A stretch of 60,856 nt of DNA, counting the filler, from Globobulimina sp. (Eukaryota), in NCBI GenBank assembly GCA_003354225.1. It is 18 parts of 18 records of this genome, joined end to end, with 100 filler letters (N's around TTAATTAATTAA, not from the genome) between each part and the next. Parts side by side here need not be neighbours in the genome. Positions count along the whole stretch, not along the records: positions 1 to 3,288 come from PIVH01003180.1; positions 3,389 to 6,676 come from PIVH01003181.1; positions 6,777 to 10,064 come from PIVH01003182.1; positions 10,165 to 13,452 come from PIVH01003183.1; 14 more parts are not named here. The stretch is one strand, 5' to 3'. Under the pieces are notes generated by a model. That model was not told the DNA's origin, searched no databases, and was given only the letters and a program-made list of their open reading frames with translations. The position numbers and the translations under genes are program-made. This document shows positions 1-10,165 of the stretch, piece after piece. Positions within the stretch are counted from its first letter, which is position 1. Each line of letters starts with the position of its first letter.

Positions 1-1
1 G

Positions 2-1897
2 AACGCAGTTTGTGTGGGATGTATAATGAAAGCATTGATTGACAATGGATTAAATGAAGAGGCATTGAACATATACGATCAACAAATGCTGACACACTCA
101 AATATTAATAATGTTGTTCAGTTATTGGCGCTTAAAGCTTCTCGGAATGCAAATAAGTTGGAAAAAGGAATATTAATCCATGAAAGTCTTAACTTATATG
201 ATTCTGTGGATGCATTGCTAGTAAGTGCATGCATTGATTTTTATGGTAAATTTGGTCAAATTGAACAAGCAGAAAAAATATTTAATACACTGCAGGATAA
301 GGATAAAAGTGTTGGTATTATTGATTGTATGATGACAGTTTATATAAATAATGGTGGAAATAAACAAGCGTTATATTTGTATGATAAATTCAATCAACTT
401 CATGATAACATTTCGCATGTTTTAGCCTTCAAAGCTTGTATCAATGCGAATGATTTTGATAAAGGGTTACAAATTCATGCCCAATTAAAACAAATTGATA
501 TATTTATCAACACCGTTTTGATTGATTTTTATGGCAAATTTGGTCACATTCAGTCCGCATTAGAAATATTTAATTCAATACCAAATAATCAGAAAACAAT
601 TGTGGTTATAAATGCTTTAATGCAAGCTCATATTCATTGTGATTTAAACCACGAAGCAATTAATTTGTTTCAGAAATTATATGAATACGAATGTAGTGAT
701 TATAACCATATAAAAGCAGACATTGTATCGTATAAAACTATATTGAAAGCATGTAATAATGCAATGTTTATACAATTTGGACATGAATTACACACAAAAT
801 TATTAGAGGATAAACAGAATGAAAATATATTGAAAGATGCTGAGATTGCCACTCATTTAATAAATATGTACGGGCAAAGTGGATTAATTGAAGAATGTGA
901 ATCTGTATTTGCATCATTTGATGACTGCAACAGTATAAATGTATCACTATATAAAGCAATGTTGAATGTATATGGTATGGTTGGCGATATTGACAAAGCA
1001 ATGGATTTGTATCACAAAATGTCGGCTCAACACATTGATACAGGAATATATATCCGTTTATTGAAATGTTGCGCAGCCGTTGGAGATATGGACATGGCTC
1101 AACATATTTGGTCAGATCTTCTGGATGCTGCTATCAAATGTGATGAGTTTATAATGGGTGCTTACATCGATTGCATGGCAAGGAAAGGTTTATTGCAAAA
1201 TGCCTTGACATTTATGAAAGACTATGACTATAAATATGAATCAGGATGGTTATCATTGATGAGCTCATGCCGGAAATATAGAAATATGGAGCTTGGTGAG
1301 ACTGTTTATAACGAAATTAATACATTGTTTGAAACAAATATAAATGCTATGAGTTGCGCGTCTGCTTTGATGTCACATTTATATGTCTCACAATTGGAGT
1401 TTGATAAACAGAGTGAAATACGAAATAATATGCAGAGAAATGGTTGGATTCCAAAACAAGGCAAAACAGAGATATATGTGGATGGGACATTGCATGTATT
1501 TCAATCAGGTGCAGGAATTGATGATATTTATTTTAATAATAAAGAAGTCGAATTGTATCGAATGATTGATGCAAAATTGGATGAATTATGTGTGGAATTG
1601 AGGCATAAATATGGATTCAAACATGATTATACAATGCTTACAAGGAAATGTGATGATGATAATATACGGAATAATGAGTTGAAAAGACATGGCGAGAAAC
1701 AAGCGCTGGTATATGGATTATTGAGTATATCTGAAGAAAATCCGATTATAATTAAAAATAGCATGAGGATATGTAATGATTGTCATGATTTTATGAAATC
1801 TGTGTCACACTTAACAAATAGGAAAATTACAATCGCAGATCCGAATCGAGTACATGTGTTTGTGAATGGTTGTTGTAGCTGTAATGATTTTTATTGA
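2..1897 (+). CDS. PLS-type pentatricopeptide repeat protein with E and DYW (cytidine deaminase) domains; 5'-partial
   Basis: Frame is open from the contig start. Repeated motifs such as 'LIDFYGKFGHIQSALEIFNSI' and 'ALKAC..AN..DKG..IH'. E-like 'GWLSLMSSCRKYRNMELG'. PG-box-like 'PKQGKTEIYVDGTLHVFQSG'. Zn-deaminase HxE 'RHGEKQALVYGL' plus CxxC 'MRICNDCHDFMK'. C-terminus 'HVFVNGCCSCNDFY'. Confidence 0.95.
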   Translation, partial: NAVCVGCIMKALIDNGLNEEALNIYDQQMLTHSNINNVVQLLALKASRNANKLEKGILIHESLNLYDSVDALLVSACIDFYGKFGQIEQAEKIFNTLQDKDKSVGIIDCMMTVYINNGGNKQALYLYDKFNQLHDNISHVLAFKACINANDFDKGLQIHAQLKQIDIFINTVLIDFYGKFGHIQSALEIFNSIPNNQKTIVVINALMQAHIHCDLNHEAINLFQKLYEYECSDYNHIKADIVSYKTILKACNNAMFIQFGHELHTKLLEDKQNENILKDAEIATHLINMYGQSGLIEECESVFASFDDCNSINVSLYKAMLNVYGMVGDIDKAMDLYHKMSAQHIDTGIYIRLLKCCAAVGDMDMAQHIWSDLLDAAIKCDEFIMGAYIDCMARKGLLQNALTFMKDYDYKYESGWLSLMSSCRKYRNMELGETVYNEINTLFETNINAMSCASALMSHLYVSQLEFDKQSEIRNNMQRNGWIPKQGKTEIYVDGTLHVFQSGAGIDDIYFNNKEVELYRMIDAKLDELCVELRHKYGFKHDYTMLTRKCDDDNIRNNELKRHGEKQALVYGLLSISEENPIIIKNSMRICNDCHDFMKSVSHLTNRKITIADPNRVHVFVNGCCSCNDFY

Positions 1898-2041
1898 GAT
1901 ATCCATAAATCACTCGCGACTTCGTCACTTATCGATCCTATAAACCAAATAAATAAATTCTATATCGTGAGTAAAATGAAGCGACTTCATCGCATAATTT
2001 ACGCATATCATAAAAACCTTGCTGTTTTTTCAACGTTTTAA

Positions 2042-3241
2042 ATGGATTTTCCAACAAAGAGAACAATCATTTTCATATTAGCACCAATTACACTCATTTT
2101 CATTATCACATATTTTGCACTGAATTTTCAAAATGAATACAATCATTTTATGAACATTTTTGTGAAGAACATGAACAATACATTGAAATCCGTGAGCAAC
2201 AAATCAATCCAACCAAATGATTCCACTCAAAACGAATCAAATTATTACAATCAATGGTTTGGTTCTTGTTTACTTGATTTTAATTTCAAAATTCAATATG
2301 AAAATATATGCAATTTACCAGATTTAATATTCATAAAACATCATAAAACTGGCGGTTATATGAAATCGTGGGTTCCATATTTCAAAAAAGTTTGTAATAT
2401 GACCCATCAATGGTCATTCCAATATAATCCAAACACAATTAACACATCCAAAACAAAACTAAATCGCTCAAAATATTTTCTTTGGTCTGAAAAAAACCAC
2501 AAACAAAATGATTTCTTCAAATTGACACAAACATTGAATGGAATTCAAAATGAAGGTTACATCGTAATAATGATGGTGAGAGAACCATTGACCACTATTC
2601 TAAGCGGGTATAATTATCATGCGGCCGGACGAGAAATTGCATGGACGAATAAAAAATTGAATGCAGCTTCGCCACATCGACAAATGTCGTTACTGTCATG
2701 TTTCAAAAATGTATTTAATTCGAATGAAACTGTGATTGATGGACAAAGTACAATGTATAAAGAATATAGAAAAGGATTTGCGAATCAATACGCAAATGAG
2801 GCTGCATTGCAATATGGATTATATTTAGAATTTACAAGATATTCTAATTGTGAATATCCACAAATTTATGCATTTTACCGTGGGATTAAATATAATGAAC
2901 AGATCAAATATTTTTTATTTCTGAGGTTAGAATGGTTTCAAACTTATGATTATGATCAAAGTGTTAAATATATGTTGGATTCGCTAGGAATTGATCAAAA
3001 TATTTATAATAAGCGATTATTGCCAGGTTTATTGAATGAAAATGTTCAAACCAAACGTAAAAATGGTAAAACTTTATCGCATATATCAAAAGTTCGAGGT
3101 CATTCAACGTATGGTACATATAATAAAGATTTACAAATTGATTTATTATTGAAACATAACAATAATACAAATGTTTGTTTATTTATCAAGAATATGACTT
3201 TATTGCTTGATTCTAAATGGTATTATCAGCAATATTGTTGA
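2042..3241 (+). CDS. Type II membrane (Golgi-type) sulfotransferase-like protein
   Basis: N-terminal TM anchor; 5'-PSB-like 'LIFIKHHKTGG'; 3'-PB-like 'MMVREPLTTILSGYNYH'; 'FLRLE' motif. Confidence 0.75.
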   Translation: MDFPTKRTIIFILAPITLIFIITYFALNFQNEYNHFMNIFVKNMNNTLKSVSNKSIQPNDSTQNESNYYNQWFGSCLLDFNFKIQYENICNLPDLIFIKHHKTGGYMKSWVPYFKKVCNMTHQWSFQYNPNTINTSKTKLNRSKYFLWSEKNHKQNDFFKLTQTLNGIQNEGYIVIMMVREPLTTILSGYNYHAAGREIAWTNKKLNAASPHRQMSLLSCFKNVFNSNETVIDGQSTMYKEYRKGFANQYANEAALQYGLYLEFTRYSNCEYPQIYAFYRGIKYNEQIKYFLFLRLEWFQTYDYDQSVKYMLDSLGIDQNIYNKRLLPGLLNENVQTKRKNGKTLSHISKVRGHSTYGTYNKDLQIDLLLKHNNNTNVCLFIKNMTLLLDSKWYYQQYC

Positions 3242-3725
3242 GTTTCATTCAGATTTGTCAGCAACAATAATAATTATTTTTGTATTTGNNNNNNNNNNNN
3301 NNNNNNNNNNNNNNNNNNNNNNNNNNNNNNNNTTAATTAATTAANNNNNNNNNNNNNNNNNNNNNNNNNNNNNNNNNNNNNNNNNNNNATATCTAATGAT
3401 TCTTTAAATATTAGGGATTAAAACTCTTCACAGGCATCTGAGCTGACCTACTCAATACTTCTTTATATCGGTAAATCATATTCCAGATATTAGATAAGGT
3501 ATTATTTTTAATAAGAAATGTCAATGAATTAATTGTGTACAAGCAAACCTATGCAGTAACCAAACCATTGTTAAACAATTCATCTGTATGTTGTACAAAC
3601 ACCACCTATACAAATACCAATTAATCCAACACTATAAATTATAGTCCAACGCGAAACTAAATGATAAAAATGCAGCTCATTCACATTCGCATTCAAATCT
3701 AATCGAAACGGAAAATGTTTCTTTC

Positions 3726-6676
3726 ATGGGCATGGTTGGATGGTTATTGTGGAAAAATTATAAACAACAATTTCTGCGCAGGAAAAAATCGTGGATCATC
3801 AAAATGTTGTTACCAATCATATTTACGTGTATTTTAGGTGCGTTACGCACGGCATTCAACATCAAAAATGAACCGATTGACTACGGCAACGAACAAGACA
3901 TTTTCAGCTTGGATGACATTTCAATGCCAATGGCACTGCCAATCTCATCCATTGATTCCATCCATGTGCGTTACTCATTGAACCAGCCGTGGGCCATAAG
4001 TCCGTTTACCGCACAAAGCAAGATATTCATCACTATGCCGCTCTGTGTTATGAATTGGACCGCTCCCGCTTCCTTTATTGGCATTGTCAAGCCGTCGAAG
4101 AATGTCCACCACGTCCAAGCCGTCTTAGATATAATGCAACAAAGATGGAGCCATCAAGGCCCGCCTCCGCAGCACGTGGTAGATACTGGACACTGCTACG
4201 AATATGCCACGGAATTACCATTCGAAGAAGGTACTGTTACTGCAATATCCTCGCACCCTCGCACTCCGTTTACATGTTGTTTTAATGTGTTATAAATTCA
4301 AAGGTTGGTTGCTCAAATATTTCGATTCCGACCATGCATTGGATAAATATTGCAGAAGAAGCGAGTATGGGAAAGGCTACGCTGTGTATAACCGATCCAA
4401 CGCGGAAGCGATGAAGAATCGGCCAATAGCGTTTGCGGTGTCATTCGCAGCACCGAGTGATGACGGATTGAGCTGGTCGTACCGACTGCGGTTCAATGCC
4501 TCCGGAGACTCCATGGCCTCGCAACAAGGCGGCAGTGGCCCTCCTTCGCCATTTGATGGCACATTGTTTCCCGTTCCAAGCACGGACCAGCCGAATATCA
4601 ACGATTTTAACCCCAAACTATCGGATCAATGGCGAGCTGGCACAGGGAATTATTACTATTCTTTTTTCATTCATATCCAAAACTATATCGATGCTGCCAT
4701 CAATGAGTACGTTGCGACGCAGTCCGGCGTTGATCAGCAAAGAGTGGAGGAAATCAATTCGATGACCAGAGGTTTCTTTGTGTTCCCCACTCCGAGCTAC
4801 ACGACTGACGATTTTTGGTTTACCATCACGGGCTTGTTTGTGTTTTTTATTCTGATCGCTTTCGTGTATCCATACTCTCAGATCGTCAAAGCTTTGGTGG
4901 AGGAGAAAGCTGCTAAAATCAAAGAAGGAATGAAAATGATGGGAGCTACTTTTGCGACCTTTTGGGTGTCATGGTATATTTGGTTCTTTTTCGAGTTTGT
5001 GATCATGGCGTTTTGTTGGACTTTTTTGGGGAAAGCATTGGATGTCTTCAAGTACAGCAATGTATGGATTATATTAATCTGGATGTTGCTGTTTTGTATC
5101 AATTCAGTGACCTACGCCACTTTGGTCAGCACCATTTTCGACAATCCGAAGGTTGCTTCGCTGATTGGCGTCTTTATGTTTATCATTGCGTTGTATGGCG
5201 GCTTTTTTAGTGTGGTTATGAATGATCAGCAAAAAGTTGCTCTGTGCTTATTAGGGCCGTCGTGTTACAGCATCAGTCTGTTGAATTTGGGGCAATATGA
5301 ACAAGCATTGATTGGCTTGCAATGGGATAATATATGGGATAAATATGACGGTTTTGCATTCATTACAACATTTTATATGTTGGCGTTTGATTCTGTTTTG
5401 TATATCTTATTGACATTGTATATGGATCAGGTTTTTCCGTCGCGTTACGGACAGCGAAAGTCGCCGTTCTTTATATGTTTGCCCTCATTTTGGTGTCCAA
5501 AGAGGAGAAAAGTACAATCATTGGAGCTGTCCAGTAATGCCTTAGCATTGCATGAAACAGACAACTTTGAAGATATTAATGATTCATTTAAAAACACGTC
5601 GCCATCCATTGCCATTCGCCGGTTAACAAAGCACTTTTCGTCTATTACTGGTTCCAAAGTGGTGCAGGCTGTCAACAGCATATCATTGGACGTGTACAGC
5701 GGAGAGGTTTTCTGCTTATTGGGGCATAACGGCGCAGGGAAGACCACCACTATTAATATGCTAACCGGCTTATTGGATGTCACTGATGGCAATGCGTGGA
5801 TATTAGGCAACAGCATAGCTGCGGGAATGCGGCAGATTCGAACCTCGTTAGGTGTCTGTCCGCAGCACGACGTATTATTTAAGAGGTTAACTGTTCGCGA
5901 ACATTTTGAACTGTTTTGCAGATTAAAAGGAGTGCCCGCTCATTTAATTAAATCTGAAGTGGATCAAACTATCCACGACGTTGGCTTAAAAGATAAAGAA
6001 TACGATTTCCCACCAAATATGTCTGGTGGACAGAAAAGAAAATTGTCATTAGGCATTGCGTTGATTGGTGGCTCAAAAATTGTATTTTTAGACGAACCAA
6101 CGAGTGGCATGGTATGTTTATATTTGACGTGTTTTTATTGTGATTCATTGCAAAATATAACAGGACCCACAGAGTCGGCGGGTAACCTGGGAATTAATTG
6201 CGAGAGAGAAGAAAAATCGGTGCATCGTACTGACAACGCATTTCATGGTATTTTTATGTTTGATATCAATGTGTTTTCCACTGCGACTTATTGCAAAATA
6301 TAACAGGACGAAGCGGATATATTAGCAGACCGAATCGCCATTATGTCGACTGGCTATATTCGCTGTTGTGGCAGTGCCTTATTTTTAAAAAGATTGTATG
6401 GAGTTGGTAGGTGCAAATCTATTACATTTTTCATTTTTGAATTAATTATATTACCAAATTAAACGCACAAAAGGTTACACATTCAGCATCTCATTGGAAA
6501 TTGGCATGGACCCTCAGCACATTCGAGAAAAGGTGGACGACATTGTTTTGTCTCAAATATCGGGCTCCTCACTTATATCCATAGCCGGCGGCGAGTTGGC
6601 ATATCGATTACCATTCGAAGCAACTGGTTCCTTTCCCGATGTATTTGAGCAACTTGAAAAATCCAAAAAAGATTTG
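3726..6676 (+). CDS. ABCA-subfamily ABC transporter, 3'-partial. Exons 3726-4230, 4304-6111, 6164-6247, 6307-6406, 6474-6676
   Basis: 'LLWKNY...RR' N-terminus, '[15 protein letters not shown]', Walker [15 protein letters not shown], signature MSGGQKRKL. Removing four GT-AG introns restores '[14 protein letters not shown]', '[19 protein letters not shown]' and '[11 protein letters not shown]' in frame. Confidence 0.95.
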
Positions 6677-6809
6677 NNNNNNNNNNNNNNNNNNNNNNNN
6701 NNNNNNNNNNNNNNNNNNNNTTAATTAATTAANNNNNNNNNNNNNNNNNNNNNNNNNNNNNNNNNNNNNNNNNNNNTAGTACATCAATAATCTACACAAT
6801 TAGAGTAAT

Positions 6810-6985
6810 TTATATAATTTATATGATTTATATTTGCCACTCAAAATTTACTCTAGTAACAGGCTCTAAGTGTTAGATAATTTATACAAATTTACCTACA
6901 GTATATGATTTATATGATTTATATGATTTGTATTTACCACTAAAAATTAACTCTAGTAACATTCTCTAAGTTTTCTATAATTTAT
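6810..6985. repeat. Imperfect 100-bp tandem duplication with ATGATTTAT micro-repeats
   Basis: 'atgatttatatttgccactcaaaatttactctagtaacaggctctaagt' recurs 100 bp later as 'atgatttgtatttaccactaaaaattaactctagtaacattctctaagt'. Confidence 0.85.
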
Positions 6986-7086
6986 AAGATTTATGTGATT
7001 TGTAAGAATTTTCTAATTTAGAGTTAGTAAACTGTAGTGATTTTTTTTAGCAAAAAAATATCCTTGCACAACTGTATCCCTTCTGT

Positions 7087-9956
7087 ATGTCTAGTAGAAC
7101 CGTGCGTTCACGTCGAGGAAAGAACAAAAAGAGTACAAAGAAAATTGAAGCGCTACCTGTGAAGCCGCAAGATCAGGCTCTGGAATGTGGTCCTCCGTGG
7201 ACTAGGGCGCAATTCGCAAAGAAATACAAGAAGGGATTGAGAGAAACTGGCCGCACATATAAGGTGCGGGGAGCGGGTACTTGGAACAGCAACACCAACC
7301 GGACAACAATGATCAACGCCCTCATCGAGTATTCGAATGAAGGCGCCAAAAGAGCCGAAACTGCACCTGTTGATGAGGATGAAACAGATGGCCGGCATTA
7401 TGACGACAACAGGACTGATGCGAACTCGCTCATCCTCTCGAGTGATGATATTAACCGCAGCCCGCACTCATTGGTACAGCAATTTGAATCAGACCATATC
7501 GACGCAGATGACAGTTTATCAGAGTTTCACGATTCCGAAGCCAGAGTCGATACGGACAGTGATCCATGTTTAGAACTAACCCCAGCATCCGCCGGACCCA
7601 AGACTGCCAATAATAAAACAATCATATCGAGTATCGCGGCAGACATCTGGAATGAAACTACTCCCGAGGCTCCAGGTTTGTTGTTTTTTTTTGTTTTTTT
7701 TGTTTGTAAGTTACAAATTATATAAATCATATCCTGTATGTGATTTATTACAGTCCAAATCTCAATAAATATGTCTCAAGATGCGAATATGCGTATGTCT
7801 ATGGAGGAGGAGGAGGAGGAAGATGAAGAAGAAGAAGAAGAGGTGGAAGAGGTGGAAAATGTAGACCAAGAGAAAGAAAATGAGAATAAGCAGGCTGAAA
7901 ATGCAAAAAAAGTCTGTAGTGCGGATGTGCGTAGCGACGTGGCCGTGGCTATTAATGTGGATAACAGCGACGATGGAACAGGTGCGATGCATGTAGATAA
8001 AGACACCGACGGGGAGAATGGAGTTGATCCACTTTCAGCCGATAGTGCCGATGGTGTCAGTTCAGTTCCGCAGCTGGAAGACAATACTCCTTTGGCTTCA
8101 GACTGCCTATCGAATGATATCGACATGGCGACGAATAATAACAATAATAATTACAATAATAACAATAATAATAATAATAATGAGGCCGCACAGATATTAG
8201 TAAATCTTAAAAACAATTCGGATGTGGACGGAGGCCAGCACTATGGCACGCGTGGTGGTTATTTCACACAGAGTGGAGAGAAAAGCAACGCAGAGTGCTT
8301 AATGAATAACAGGTCTCTGCGAAAGGACAGTCCACTGTGTAGCAATCCCAATGAAAGTATTCATCGATATCTCAATCAGAAGCGTGGTGTCGGACGCGGA
8401 CGAAGGTCGCGACGTAGAAAGTCTTTGGCGCAGACTACGCAGCATACAGAATCAGAGAATGCGCATGACGGCAATAACAATGACGTGAATACGGTTGTAG
8501 CAGATTTTGACGAGGATATGGATGATTCCCGGACTGTGCAGCATAAACAAGCAGAGAGTGCCCATGCCCGCAATATCAAAGACGTGAATTCGGTTGGCGC
8601 AGATTTGGATGAGGATATGGAAGATTGTAAATCCCCTGCCCGACTTGGGAAACCAGTGTGGAGATTGAAGCGGAGACCGACACGTGAAGAATGGACGTGT
8701 TTTAATGCAGATCTGAAGCGTTTTAATCGACAAGAAACCCTCGATTTCTGTTTAAATGAGGAATATGGCTCTTTGGGCTATGAGATTTGGGATAAATTAT
8801 GTCGGGCGAATTTGAATCAAGTGACAGAAATCTCGCGTTGTGATGTGGACGAACTGACTGAGTGTTATCATTTTAAGTTAAATAACGCCCTTAAAATATT
8901 ACGTGAATCGAAACGGTACATTGCAATGACCCCGATTGGTACGTTTCTTTTCTATTTTATCCTGTGCACATTATTCATTTAAATTTACAAATTAATATAA
9001 ATTGTACAAATCATATAAATTATATTAGTTACAACTAGTATATTAATTTTATTAATTATATAAATTGTGTAGATTATATAATTTTAATAAATTTTACAAA
9101 TTATATAAGTAATATATATGATTTTTAATATAGTTTATATAATTCCTTATCTTACTTCTATTTAGTACAAGAGACTCCTGGTCGCGGATTGTCGAGAACG
9201 CCTCGCAAACCCCAAAAAAAGACTAAAACAAGAAAAACCAAAAAGTCCGTGAAAAAGAGCAAAAATCCCTCAGAAAATACTATACCCGAAGGTTGGGAGC
9301 GTTCCCCGTCAGGTCGGCCGCGTAATGTGACGGCATTACTACCATCCAAGCTCGAGGCATTTAAAGTTAAAGCACTGCGCAAAACTGCGGAATATGCGCA
9401 GAAAGATATAAATTTGGATGCCAATGGCAATCCGCTAGTAATTAACGCAACGAATTACAGAGCCTTTTTGACGAATAATATGCGCGATGTATCTTCAATT
9501 CCTGTCACTGAATTTTATGATAAAGCGAAGAAAAAATATCCATTTTCTATTGTGTCTATTGTGGTGCCAGTCTTAAAATCCTTCATGAAAGTCGGCCTAG
9601 TTAAAGAGATTACCCCCATTGGATTGACAGAGAATGGAATGGGTGGCAAACACTGTGTTTATGGGAGTGTACGATTTGAAACATTATCCAGTGCGCGTAT
9701 CCCTGGCGACGGCGGCCAAATTGCAGAATTGAAAACCTTTATGGCAAGAGTTGCAGGGGATGACTATAAAGTATGGATAGGTTATGCGCAAAAGACCAAA
9801 GATTATAAGAATTGTCTCGTTTCGGGCCTGCTCGGTGACTTACAGTCACCTGATAGTTTCACGTTGGATCAATGTCATCAAAAACATGACTGTACTCTCG
9901 ATTTGCAAGGAATAGTACCTACTGATGAAGAGGAAGAAGAAGAAGAGGAATTTTAA
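7087..9956 (+). CDS. Uncharacterised ~854-aa acidic, low-complexity probable nuclear protein. Exons 7087-7675, 7754-8938, 9166-9956
   Basis: Three ORFs join in frame through two phase-1 GT-AG introns (7676-7753, 8939-9165). Basic NLS-like tracts, poly-E and poly-N, a tandem ~32-aa repeat, possible SAM-like helical segment. Confidence 0.75.
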
Positions 9957-9977
9957 ATTAGATTTGCATTTATATGA

Positions 9978-9982
<5 letters not shown>

Positions 9983-10029
<47 letters not shown>

Positions 10030-10064
10030 TTTTTTTGTTTTTTTTTTTTTTTTTTTTTTTTTTT
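9983..10064. repeat. Poly-T homopolymer tract at contig end
   Basis: About 80 nt of nearly pure T; probably where the assembly broke. Confidence 0.9.
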
Positions 10065-10165
10065 NNNNNNNNNNNNNNNNNNNNNNNNNNNNNNNNNNNN
10101 NNNNNNNNTTAATTAATTAANNNNNNNNNNNNNNNNNNNNNNNNNNNNNNNNNNNNNNNNNNNNT

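Noticed and set aside
4204-6303. Frameshifted or pseudogenised ABC transporter
   Set aside because: All frame changes are explained by canonical GT-AG introns.
9925-10064. Poly-Phe ORF or retroposed poly(A) tail
   Set aside because: Homopolymer at a contig end; no associated element or TSD is visible.
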